Below, piece after piece: positions 27,555 through 39,900 of a DNA stretch of 64,000 nucleotides (positions are counted from its first letter, which is position 1; each line of letters starts with the position of its first letter). The DNA is from the human T2T-CHM13v2.0 reference genome, Homo sapiens. The stretch is from the NCBI RefSeq assembly GCF_009914755.1, contig NC_060931.1; one strand, written 5' to 3'. A model generated the notes under the pieces. The model was not told where the DNA came from, did not search any database, and saw only the letters and a program-made list of their open reading frames with translations. Both the position numbers and the translations under genes were made by a program.

Positions 27555-27720
27555 TTATAGGGTCAGGCAAGTCTCTTTTGAACTTTTTGGGCCAGGGTAA
27601 ATCACTAGATCTCTCTGAGCCTTTATTTTATTATCTTTAATTAGAGAAAATACTATCTATTCTGTCTTACCTCACAGGACAGAGAGAATCATACAGTGAC
27701 ATGTGAAAGCATTCCATGAA
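27555..27720 (+). mobile_element. MIR
   Basis: 'gggtaaatcactagatctctctgagcct...acctcacagg...catgtgaaagc'. Confidence 0.65.
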
Positions 27721-27836
27721 ATTTAAAATACCAGAAAAGTGTTTTTTTTAAAAAGTCATGTCAACACAAAAACATGAACCATTGCACTGTTGAATTCAAA
27801 CATGCATGTATTTGGCCATTTTGAATTTTGGTCATA

Positions 27837-27838
<2 letters not shown>

Positions 27839-27876
<38 letters not shown>
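27839..27876. repeat. (TG)19 microsatellite
   Basis: Perfect dinucleotide run. Confidence 0.98.
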
Positions 27877-27880
<4 letters not shown>

Positions 27881-28329
27881 AGCTATTTTTAAATAAATCT
27901 TTAAAATGAAGATAACTTTTTGGTAATTTATGGGATATTTTTAATTGAAGTTTTTCTATTCAAACCAAGATGACCCCATGGATCAGTTTACCAGCCTGCA
28001 ATGAGAGGCCTCGTGACCATGTGGCCTACTTATTTAAGCAGATGGAATAACACATTTGGTGTTAATTAAACCTTTAAAGGGTCTTCAAAGGGTAGCAATA
28101 AATACTACATATTTCCCTTATTTAAAACACTAGCTGATGAAGAGTTCTTTTTTCTTTTTAATGAATATAGGATTCCCATCTGTTATCTTTACAAAAATGC
28201 AGCATGTAATGCAAAAGCAAGAAATAGAATTGGAAAAATTGTGTCATTCTCTTTCTTTCACAGTAAACCATTCTTTTCCAGACGAAGCCTTTTTTTTTTT
28301 TTTTCTGCCACCATATCTCAGAGCCATGG

Positions 28330-28865
28330 GAAACTATTGATCAGTCCTTGATAAAGCATAAGTAGGTCTTTTGGTTCCTCCTGTTTTAAAGGCATAGTGA
28401 TAGATACACCAGGTTGGCTCATTCAGCACCAATCCCAACCCCTGATTAGTCTGGCTCCGTGTACTTGAGAAGCTGGAAAGCTTAGGACTACATTTCAGTC
28501 CTCCGTGCAATCCACCTGGGAGAGACAGTGATGTGGAAGTGAGCAATGTGAGGAGAGAGAGGCTCTCCAAGCAGGCAGGTACAGGGGGATTTGCTTCCTT
28601 TGTGGCAGCCATGGTGGAGTTTCCAGTATCTAGTCCTAGCGTGTTAGGTTGCGGGTACAGAGAAGGGGGGGTGGCAGCAGCCTTTTAGCAATAAAAATCC
28701 TGTGAGGCAACTGAGCATTTTTCATACTTGTTTCCGTAGCTGACTGCATACAAGCTTGTTTTTCTGGCCCTCCCAGAGAAGTCTGTGAACTACCTAACAT
28801 TCTTTAATCAACTCTAGTTTGCTTATACTAGTGAGAGCTGATTCTGTTGCCTGTAAGAGTACAGG
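28330..28865 (+). mobile_element. LTR16-like ERVL LTR
   Basis: End 'ctgtgaactacctaacattctttaatcaac...gattctgttgcctgtaa' resembles an LTR16-family 3' end. Confidence 0.5.
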
Positions 28866-28929
28866 CATGTATAAGGAATGCTACATAGGGTTTTAATAGT
28901 GAGGACATACATCTATTAATACACTTAAA

Positions 28930-29400
28930 AACTGCTAGTTGCCTATCCAACTGGCCTTTTCACTTTTCCTGTTATTAACAGAACCCCATTTTGTAGGGGC
29001 TAGGCAATGTCTCCGGTTGAAAAAAATGACATTTCCCAGCTTCTCTTGCAATTAAGCATGACTGCAGACATAATTCTAGCCAAAAGGATGTCAGCTGAGG
29101 ATACCTGGGTAAGCTTTGCTTCCCTGATATAAGCACCATCTCGTTTATGCCTCTTTTCTGCCTGAAATATAGATGAAGCGGTTGGAGCTTCAGCATTCAT
29201 CCTGGAATCACCATGGAAAGGCCCAGAGAGTGGCAGAGATCCTGTCCTGACATCCGTGTGCCTCAGTGCCCATGCCAGTAACAAACACCTGCATTACCTC
29301 TGGACTTCTTGTTGCATGAGGATAAAAATAGACACTTATGTGCTTTAGGCACCATAGTCAGTTGTTTAACACTGAAATTAGGTCCCTAACGTAACTAATT
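28930..29400 (+). mobile_element. MLT1I/J-like LTR
   Basis: 'taacagaaccccattttg', 'atttcccagcttctcttgcaattaag' and 'acctctggacttcttg'. Confidence 0.65.
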
Positions 29401-29457
29401 TCTAACTCAACTAAAAGTAAAGGTAATACAAGTTAGAAAATGTTCCAACAAAGCAGC

Positions 29458-29840
29458 TATTGTAGTCGTAACCATTTGGGTTTCTATAACAAAAATACCA
29501 CAGACTGGATGGCTTGAAAAGCAAATATTTCCTGTTCACAGTTCTGGAGGCTGGAAGTTTGAGACCAGGGTGCCAGCATTGTCAGGTTCTTGATGAGGGC
29601 TCTCTTCCTGGTTTTTAGATAGATGGCTGACTTCTTGCTTCTCATATGGTGGGGAACAGAGAGAGATGGGAAGCAAGTTTTCTTGTGTCTGTTCCTATAA
29701 GTGCACTAATCCCATCACACAGGCTCCACCCTCATGACCTAATTATCTCCTAAAGGCCCCTTTCCCCAAATACCATCACATTGGGGATTGGAGTTTCCAT
29801 ATATGAATTTTTAGGGGGCATAAACACTCAGCCCATAGCA
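29458..29840 (-). mobile_element. MLT1A solo LTR
   Basis: 'ataacaaaaataccacagactgg...cacagttctggaggctggaag...cagcccatagca'. Near-TSD gcagc/gcaga. Confidence 0.88.
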
Positions 29841-30157
29841 GCAGAAATTTTAATAACGTATACCTTTGGTAACAGGCAGCCTGCCCCTGTCTTATAATAG
29901 GAGCCTGGGCTAGATTCCCAAAGAGCCTTTCAGTTCCTTTCCTCACTTGTTGGCGTTCATTGATTCATTCACCTATTTCCTAAAGAAGGTCCCATCTCCT
30001 ACATCCAGTAAGGTGAAGAAAAGGATCTTGCCCCTTCTCCGGGATTCCACACTCAACTCTCAAAGACCAAAATACAGAAGCCACAGAGAGACACATATCA
30101 GCTATCTATAAACGACTATTCTTCCAGAGCTCCCCAAATATCAAACAAGCATAATTG

Positions 30158-30295
30158 AAGGTAATGAGTTCCCAGTCACTTAAGGTATTCAAGCATAGGC
30201 TAAATGACATTTTGGAGGGGACATTTAAAGAGAGGGATCAAATATTAGACCATGGTTAGAAAGACAATTTGTTTTCCAGTTCTACAGTTCTTGGG
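30158..30295 (+). mobile_element. MIR3/L3 (CR1)-type 3' fragment
   Basis: 'ggtaatgagttcccagtcacttaaggtattcaagcataggctaaatgac'. Confidence 0.55.
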
Positions 30296-33149
30296 TTCCA
30301 TGTCAACACCTCATTCATAAATGTTTTGCAGTTGACTACCAAGAACTGGTTTGTTTCATTGACTCCCCCACTATCTTTGTGATGAACATCTACCTCTCCT
30401 ATGTCTTGTGTGTTACAGGTGTACTCTTGTTTTAAATTTACAGGGTACAAGGAAAGGCTCTGGGGAGGAAATGAGAGTATGAAGCCAAAGTGAAGCAGAC
30501 TAGGAAAAAAAAGTGAATAATGAAAAAAGACCAGTGCCTACAGAAGGGAGTTGGGTTCATTAAAGCAAAGGTTGAAAGCGAGTAGATTAAAAAGCTGAAT
30601 TAGATTCAGTTCCTAGAAACAAAACTTTCTAGAGACTCGAAGGCATGAGGACCAGGTGAACTAGAGCATCTGGCTTAGGATGCTAGAGAAGGACCTAGAG
30701 AGAGCAGTTTCAGCCTGACTCGGGGGCAGAATGTGCTAAGCAGAAAGTCTGCTTTCCTTACACCATCAAGGTAGAGATGATTGCTCAAGGACAGAGGAGT
30801 ATGGTGGGGTAAAAATAAATCACGCATCTAGTGGTGCCAAGCAAGAACCTGTCATATGCTGACCTGTTTGTAGTCTGCTACCCTGGGATTTCTCACCTGT
30901 ACCAAAGTAGTTTCTTGTACTCTAAATCAGTTGGCTGAGTGCGATGTTCCTGATTACTCATTACAAAGACATGGTTGTGAGGGAGATTAGGGAGCAGTGC
31001 TGTGTTCCCAAGCCCCTCTGCCTGGGGAAGTAAGAAGATCAGGGGTTAACACAGGGAGCCTCATGAGTGGACATATCCTGCCTGTTTATCACCTGGCTCT
31101 TCTTTACCTGATCAACTCAGCTATCTCCAGCAACAGTTCTTCTGGTCCAGAGATATACCATGTTTCTGCCTGCTCAACCCAGGTGTCTTTTAAGATGAAA
31201 AGGTGTCTTGATTTCATTTCATGTTCCTTAGTATCTGGTTCCTAAGTTCTTCATGCTGGTTAATGTTTCAGGTGGTTGTAAAGAGGCAACATTCCTCAGA
31301 AATGCTAATGATATTTCCCAACCAACTAAATCACAAATCCTAACTGGATCCTCAGCCTGGTTTGCTTTCAACAAAGCAAATGATTACAAGGAAACAGAAA
31401 ACAGACTCTGCTTTGACTTAGCTTCCTCTTGTCTGGCTTTGAGCCTTGCAGGGTCTGTTTCTCACCCCCACACAGTTCCCTATCACAGCTCAAGCTGCTG
31501 AGGAAGTGACTAGCAGAGGCTCTGTTTGAAGCACCCCTCTCTCTGCATCCTGCCTCCATGGAGAGGCACCCTTCCTTCCATGGCAGATGTTCCCGGAAAA
31601 TGCTCTCCTAAAGTTTCACATGAGGCATTTCCAGACATGAAAAGCCTCTTTGCTTCCTCCACTGTGCATTCTCTTACCTCCCCACTCTATCAGCATCTAA
31701 CATCAAGCAGCCCCACAACTCAGAGAAAAGCCACACATCAAACTCACCTTCAGAAAAGTCAGCTTCCACTTCCCGGGAATTTTAAGAATAGTCAGTTGTA
31801 TTCTACAGGTGGCTGAATTCTTCTGAAAATAACATATAGACTCCCCCCAACTCCCACTCTGCCCTGAGAATGTTGGTATCTGTAGTGGGAAGGTATAAAA
31901 CAAGAAATTACTTTTTTGATTTGTATTGGCAGCCCAGCTTTCTTTAAGTTGAAAATGTGCTACACATCACAACATTGAGGACTGGTCAGTCTGTCCTTCC
32001 TGCAGGAGCTTCTAGGCCTTCTCCAGAGCACTCGGCCTCCCTGCCTCCCTGAAGTGCCACCCTTCCCCAACACATTCCTTTCATCTTCTTAACAAAGAAG
32101 TGCTCCCTGCTTCATTCAGATATGACTTCAAGTCCAATTTCACCTTAGAATCCCTCACAGACTAGTAAAAAGTGATATTACTGAACACTTAAGTATGCCA
32201 AATTCCATGCATGTCTGCAACTCAGGGCTGTGAAAACACTCCATGTACAATTCATAATGTAAATGTGGATATCATTCATGCCATGTTAGCTGTATTCATT
32301 TATACTAGATCTCTAGAAGGTAAGAAGATTTAATTCAATTCACTTTAATAAATATTTGGTGAGGGCTATATGCATAGGAACATCTTTGCATAGAATCATG
32401 CAAGAATAATAGCTAGTAAGTGCTTTTTTGATGAGAACCCTGTTTTATACTATGCTGGATGGCCTTTAATTTTTGTTATAGGATGTTTTGAAAAGAGAGG
32501 AGAGTATAATCACTATTCTTCAACAACAAATCATGATTTTATTGAAATTTCAAACCATTATATTTCAGAGAACTTCTAGACACCAAACCAAGTGTTTGGT
32601 TTTATTTTTTATTGGAACAAAAAAAATGGTGGAAGGAAGCATTACTGTGGAATAAAAAAAATAAACCCTTCTCCTCACCCCCTCCTATTATGAACCTATA
32701 ATGACTCCTCATTTTTCTTAGAGGTTGTTTATCCACCAAATGCACAAGCAACCTAAGAATCAGGACAGAGCACAAAGCAATCAAAATAATCCAATGGAAA
32801 TAAGCAATCAACCCTCTTGCCCGTTATCCTAGCAGAGCCTGTGGGAGACTTGCTGAGAGCCTATTTACACAAAGGCAGCCCTGGTTCTAAGGAGCTTGGC
32901 TCTAAGCCTTGGTTGTTAGATGATTAAAAATGCAAATTAGAAGAGGCTGGTAGGGAGCAAGCACACTGTCGGTAGCAAGTCCTGACAGCTGACAGTCTGG
33001 CTGCAGGAGGGGAAAATGCAAGCACCATAATGACCAGACAGAAGAACTCAAACTGCAGACCGTCTGGACTTCCCCCGAAGAACAGAATCCCTAATAAAGA
33101 TTACCAGTCCTCTGAGAAGCCTATCCTGGCACCTCCTCACCCATTTTGG

Positions 33150-33370
33150 CAGTCATTTCTCTTCTGTGTCTCACAGATGCCTATCCCTGCCCTGTTCACA
33201 GCTCAGGTCTAGCCTCTCTTGCCCTGGACTTTAGGAATTTGTCTTCAGCATCCTCATCCTAATTGGACTGTAGGCTCCTTAAAGGGAAGGGCATTTATTG
33301 TATTCATCTTTGAGTATGTCTGAGTCTGTCACATAAGGGATGCTCATTGTATGTTTATTGAATGGTTATT
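33150..33370 (+). mobile_element. L2 3' end
   Basis: 'ggactgtaggctccttaaagggaaggg...tattcatctttg...gtttattgaatgg'. Confidence 0.65.
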
Positions 33371-35677
33371 GATTTAATATATTACAAGAGAAAGAGACGG
33401 GAATTTAAATTCGTATTTTCACAGATAGGAAACAGTGCAAAGGAGTTTGAGAAAGTTTCTATTCAAAGCCATTACAACTTTAAAAAGTTTTCTGTTCAAC
33501 AGGTAAGCTTCAGTTGCCTGAAAAATTAATGTCAGCGTGGAGCACATCATTAGCTGAGGGTTCTGGATAAAGTAGGCATTGCTCTGTAGTACAACAACCC
33601 GTGGATGAGAAGAGGAGAGAAACCACAAGAGGAGAGGGAACTAGGTCTTAATGGGAGCCTGGGAATTCTACAGGAGAAGTAGGGTACAGGAGACAATGAA
33701 TACTGAGGATGAGTATGATCAGTGCTATAATTGTACTGATGGCCAGCTCTTCTTCTCTTTTCCCAGAAAATGAAATGGCATTTTAAAGGATACTTGGGAT
33801 ATTCATTTGAGTTACTTTGAAAGATGGTATCAACTTTATCCATTTGAAAGATTGAACATAAGCAGAATAATACAATGAGACGATAATTCATCAGATAAAT
33901 TATGAGGCATTTATGCATCAGGGAAGGGTACTTTTACAAAATATACAGAAAGAGGCTTTGACTAGCAAAAAACTCGACTCTAAATAGACTCAGTAATGGA
34001 GAACCCAGCAAGATGGGTGGTTTTCTAGGGCTGAGGGCAAGGAGAGACAGAGAGGAGGTGAATAATGAGTGGCTATCATGTGTTACTAAGCGTTGGAGTT
34101 TGGCTGGGATTGTGAACTGCAAGTCCAGAGATGGGGCAGAAAGAGAAGACATAGATGAGTTTCTGGATCTGAATTCAGAGGGGAACCATACCCATCTTCC
34201 AATATAGAATCAGAGAAGCAGCAAGACCTGAGAATAGAAATACCCTGGTGATGTGCCTGCACAGTCCTCTAGAACCTCCTTCCAAAGCCAGGAGCAGGGG
34301 AATAGTTCCTGTATGCTTAGGCATAGCACAAAGTTGATGAGGACTATGAAGGGCCACAAACCTGTTCACAGCCCTGTGCTTCAGAGCCACAGCAGCACGG
34401 GCCATGCCCCTGAGAGGGTCACCATAATGAACTCAGAGAAAGCCAGACCCAAGCAGCCTTGGAATGGGTTCCTGAGTGGACACTACTGTAACTTAGATAG
34501 GAAAGATCAACCTGAACACCAGTAAAGAGAGAGGACAAACTGTACCAGCTACCACCCCCCAATTCATGCCTCGAACTAAAGATGGCCCCAGAATGAGACA
34601 GAACCTCATCCAAGGGAGCTGTTTCAACTTGCAATGCAATAGGAACTTAGCTTATGGACTAAATTTCATTCCTACGAAAACACTCACCTTTTGCCACATC
34701 ATCATTGACCCTAACCTAAAGCACATCATCAGGAATGCCCTCTGAGGCTAGGAGCCAAAGGCCTCTTGCTTTAAGAGGATGGAAACTGCACACTATTGAC
34801 CTGTTTTGAATTCCAAAAACAATCTGAACCCAAGGTTGAAAGGTCACCTCTGTGACGGTTAAGTTGTTTGTAACGAAGTGAATTGAAATGTGTTAAAGGT
34901 GATACTGGGCAAAGCATCCAGAGCTTCAGAGCTGTTTGCCTTCCAAGAGAGCGCTGGCCCTCCTCCTCCACAAAGTTCCTGTGGTTTGTGCTTGGAAGAC
35001 TCCTCCTCTGATAGACCCGTGACAGCCCACAGCAGGATAAAAGGTCAGTTAAACCTGTGACAACCCCTCCGTGAAAGCACACAGAAGAGCATGCCCCACA
35101 CTTGTGTTCTTCCAATTTCCATAGTCATGAATTTTATTCTGCTGTTCAGACAGACGCCTGGGAATGTAATAAGGAGAATTTAAATCAGCTAAAAGCTTCT
35201 GTTTCAGCTGTTTTCTTTTCTTTTACAAATTTGGTTTCCACTGATGTTCATTCCCATCTCATACCCTTGATAGACTATAGTTAGGCTCCATATCTTATTG
35301 TTTTTAGAGGCATGAATTAGATTTTACATGCAAAATAAAACCTGTGAAATTTATTTTCCTCCTGAGTGAAAGAACTCACCTGGCACCTGGAGCAATTTTG
35401 CAAACTGTGCCAGAAACAAGAATCAGGTTTCACCAGTGAAAACACATTTTTGCAGCCTAGAAAACTGTACTGCAAATAACATTCTAGAGGTCAGTTGGAA
35501 TGTAATTTCTTGCCTTCATAAGACAATGTGAAATGAAAACAAACCAGGCAAAATTACCATACCATCATCCATACTGTCAATTTGGAAGCCTTTTTACTAG
35601 ACAAAAGTATGTGTGAAGAAAATGAAATAAGTGAAAACAGCACTGATCAGAAGGAAAATCAGTGTTTTGTTTAACAC

Positions 35678-36049
35678 TGTATTAGCCAGCACAGGCTGCC
35701 ATAACAAAATACTGTAGACTGGGTGACTTAAACAACAGAAATTTTCTCACAGTTCCGGAGGCTGGAAGTCTGAGATCAGAGTGCCAGCATGGTTGTTTTC
35801 TGGTGAGGGCCCTCATTTTGGTTTGCAGACAGCTGCTTTCTTGCTGTGTGCTCACATGGCTGGGGGAGATCTCTTTCTCTCTCTCTTTCTCTTCCAATAA
35901 GGCCACCAATCCTATAGGTTTAGGGCCCCACCCTTATGACCTTTTAACTTTAATTACCTCCTAAAGACCCTATCTCCATATACAATCACATTGGGGGTTA
36001 GGGCTCCAACACATGAATTTTGCAGGAGAACACAATTCAGCTCATAGGA
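35678..36049 (-). mobile_element. MLT1A0 solo LTR
   Basis: 'tgtattagccagcacaggctgccataacaaaatac...aacacaattcagctcatagga'. TSD aacac at 35673-35677 and 36050-36054. Confidence 0.92.
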
Positions 36050-36521
36050 AACACCTGTGAGCAATCTTCTACAGTTACTCAGCAGATATATCCCCTTAGT
36101 GTAAGAATTCTGCATTGTGAATATATAGTACTTAAGTATTCTTATTGGCTTTAAAACTTTCAACATATGCTAGATAAATAGGAACTTAGTAAAGGGTAAC
36201 TTGGACCTGCATTCTGGAAGCAAACATTCTCTTATTTGGTTAATAACAAGGATAGGTCAAAGTTAGTTGGGTCTAATAAATGTGTAACACTTCTTGTCAT
36301 ATCAAGGATTCTCCCTTAAACACAAAGGTTTCTCCTAATATAAACTACTTATGAATCAGCCAGAGCCATTGTCTAACAGTTCCACAGGCGAGAAAACCTA
36401 AATCCTTTATGCGCTTCATTAAGATACCCTCCTACAAACGTAATTCTCCCAACATCACATTGTCCTGCAGTCTTTCTCTTTACTGTGTCATATAAATTCT
36501 GTGTGCTATTTAAGAAATCCA

Positions 36522-36708
36522 GACTAGGTGTGGTGGCTCAGGCCTGTGGTCCCAGCACTTTGGGAGGCCAAGACAGGAGGATCACTTGAGCCCAGGAGTT
36601 TGAGACCAGACTAGCCCTGGCAACATGACAAGACCTCATCTATATGCTCCCCCCCGCCACCCCCAGCCCAGCCAAAAAAAAAAAATAAGAAAGAAAGAAA
36701 GAAAGGAA
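36522..36708 (+). mobile_element. FLAM_C-like free left Alu monomer
   Basis: Single monomer with 'ggaggatcacttgagcccaggagtttgagacc' and an A/(GAAA)n tail. TSD aagaaatcca at 36512-36521 and 36709-36718. Confidence 0.9.
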
Positions 36709-38019
36709 AAGAAATCCACAGATCAAAAATTAAGATCTCTATTTAGGTAGGACCACACTTCCCATCACCCAGGTACTTGTCTCCAAGAGCATGCCTAAAT
36801 GTGTCCTATACCACAATAATTATCATATTCCAAAGTCTTGTCTTTTCCACAAGCCCTACCTCATTCATCACCTAAACACAAAATGCTCATTCCTTCATTC
36901 CTTCTTTCAATTTCTATAGCACTTATATTGCCTGTTTGTAAAATCCACTTGGAAATTAACTGTTTACTGTGGCCTTTCTCAACCTCAAACCTATTCTCAG
37001 GTACCATTAGTTCTCTATGAGAATTTGTAGGTGACTATCTGCATGTTTCATTTCCATGATAATCTAAAAAATATTATAAGCATGCTCTGGATCACTTGAT
37101 GAATACCTTATGACTGAGAACTGCCTAATATTTTCACTGTCCATTTGTGCGTATGACTGTTTTGGTCCTGATTAGTACCACTTTAATTGTAACAAGCTAA
37201 TTAAGAAAAGAACATAGGCAGACAATATGCAAATGATGCTCTTGCATTAAGTGAAAGCTAAATGAGAGTAAGGTATTCTACATGCTAGAAAGAAATGACC
37301 ATTCACCATTCAAAAAGAAAAAGCACTTGGAGAATGATGTCATTACTCAGCACACAGTTGTACGAGCATGTCAAACTCAAAAGAACTGGTGCCATGGAGT
37401 CAACACTGCATTCATCCTGAAAGGGGCAATTTAGCCTTAGTAAAACAGTATTACCACATTACACTGATCATTGTTAACTGGAATATGTGGTTTGTTATAT
37501 AACAAAATATAAATATTTTGTTATATTTAATTTATAAATATGTTTTGGCTTCATAGCTATTAAGAACTATAAGCATATGGAGTATACCTTGTTTATGGCT
37601 ATACATATTTAAGTTTAAATTATGATATAAGTAATTTAACTCTGGAATTCCACAGATTTAAAAAAAAATATTGTGACATTTCTTTGATTGCGGGCCTTAA
37701 ATGGTTGTTTCAGTCTTTTACTATTTAACTATTTCCATCTGTTATTGTCTTGTTGCTCCAAATGAAATCTTTCTGCAGGACAGAAATGAGCCTTTGGGCC
37801 ATTTGCATCCTCTTAGCACTTTGTGCAATGTTGTGGACATAACAAATGCCCAGTGACATTTGTGGATTTGAGCTCTTTCCATTCTGGACTTAACTTCCCA
37901 TTCCAGAATATTTTCTATTTGTTTTTTTTTTGTTTGTTTGTTTTTAAATCCACTTCCGAGTAAACTGTTTTTATCTATTCAGTCAAATGTTTCCGTCTGC
38001 CAGGATTCCAGGTAAATAA

Positions 38020-38660
38020 TTGTTTGGCTTTATTGCATATACTCTGTGTGCCAAGAACTGCTCTGAGCATTTTATATAGATCATCTCAGTTCATCATTAT
38101 AACCATAAGAAGGTAGGTGGGTGTGTAAGGCCATTCTTGCATTGCTATAAAGAAATGCCTGAGACTAGGTAATTTACAAAGAAAAGAGGTTTCCACAGTC
38201 TGTACAGGAAGCATGGCGTTGGCATCAGCTTAGCTTCTTGAGAGGCCTTAGGGAGCTTTTACTCATGATGGAAGGTGAAGCGGGAGCACACACATCACAT
38301 GACAAGAGTGGAAGCAAGAGAGAGAGCAGGGAGGTGCCACACACTCTTAAACAACCAGAACTATCATGAGGACAGCATCAAGCCATGAGGACAGCATCAA
38401 GCCATGAGGTGTCCACCCCCATGACCCAGATACCTCCCACCAGGCCCCACCTCCAACACTGGGGACCACATTTCAACATGAGATGTGGGTGGGACAAATA
38501 CCGAAACCATTATCAGTGGGATGATAAACAGACTGTTTCTACTTATTAATGAAGAAACTAAGCCATACAGAGCTCAAATACTTTGCCCAAAAATCATACA
38601 GCTAGTAACTGGTGAAAGTAGGATACCAACCAAGGCATACTAAGGTCATTGTCCATCCTT
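38020..38660 (-). mobile_element. MIR, split by MSTB
   Basis: 'tgtgtgccaagaactgctctgagcattttata' on the left and 'aatgaagaaactaagcc...ttgcccaaaaatcatacagctagtaa' on the right. Confidence 0.75.
38122..38515 (-). mobile_element. MSTB-like solo LTR
   Basis: 'ggccattcttgcattgctataaagaaatgcctgagact...gggagcttttactcatg'. TSD gtggg at 38117-38121 and 38516-38520. Confidence 0.92.
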
Positions 38661-39684
38661 GTTCTGTCTGCAACTCAAATTTGCAAAAGGAGTGTAAAAG
38701 TCACTTCTCTATCACTGCGCCGATGCCTCCTTATTAGGAGAGGCTTCATCAGAAGAGTGCAGAGTGGATAGGGAAAATGTCCACATTCATACTTTAGGGA
38801 GGTATATAGCTACTACATCATTTATTAAACACCTACTATGATATCTATTGTAAATGTACAAACAACAAAATATGTTATACACACTTCAGATTTCTTGACA
38901 CATTGTTGAAAGGAAAATATTTTTATGTTTATTTGGCCTTTTACTCATATTTTTATCTTGCCTTTTATTGTGCTTGAAATACTGTGCTTGGCATCTATAT
39001 AGCATTTCAATATCTGTTGAATGAATGAAATCCCCTTCTCTTTCAAGCTTTGCAATAGTCAACTGCCGCATAGTTTAGGTTTATTGTCTGTGAGCAAAAC
39101 TCACTTTATTTTCATTGTCAGTTCATTTTTTTTTACCATTTACAAAACCCACTAATTCTCAGACCATGTCTGAATGCCTGATAAAATGGGATGTGGCAAA
39201 GATGAGTTGATATTCTTATGATCTTAATGATGTAATCTATTTGGACACAATGGTTACTGGAATGATGACAAATGCGTTGACTGCAAAAGAGCAATTCAGT
39301 TGTGGTCAATAGACAGTATTCGAAGCACATCTTTTTATGGTATTATTTTTTTCTGCTCTTTTGTCTTAGCTGCCAGAAGAGTGGAAAATCTTCTGACAGG
39401 GTCTCTCCTTGCAGCGAGTTTGCGTCAGTATATACACTTCGTTAATATAACAAATCTAGTTTCCTTGGTTATTGGATCAAGATTTGATTTCCCAGGAGAC
39501 CCTCCTTGTCTCTGCCCCTGATGATGAGATTTGCTCCCTGGTAATTCTGCAGCTAGTGTGTCACCTCACAGTGTCATCAGTCTCACCTCAGACTAAACAT
39601 GAGGCTGACCCCAGGGTCATTATCAGACTGTTCTGTGTGTGAGTATGTGAATTGTGGTCTGTCCTGGATAGTTCTGAAGACTCA

Positions 39685-39900
39685 CTCATGCATTCATTCA
39701 TTCATTCACCCATTCCCTTGACACACATTTATTGAATACTTTGTGACAGGAGCTAGGAAGTGGGGATAGAGGAAATGATTTGGGGAGGGGGACACACCTG
39801 CTCACAAGGCACTGCCACTTCAGACAGACATGCAGTAACTGTTATGCGGTAAGGTAAGCACTGTATCTTCATAGGTGCTCAGACTCTATCAGGAAGAGGT
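39685..39900 (-). mobile_element. L2 3' end
   Basis: (CATT)n tail followed by 'atttattgaatacttt'. Confidence 0.65.

Noticed and set aside
33745-33840. Strong-looking splice acceptor (ctcttcttctcttttcccAG)
   Set aside because: No good downstream donor or coding frame. Isolated acceptors are common.
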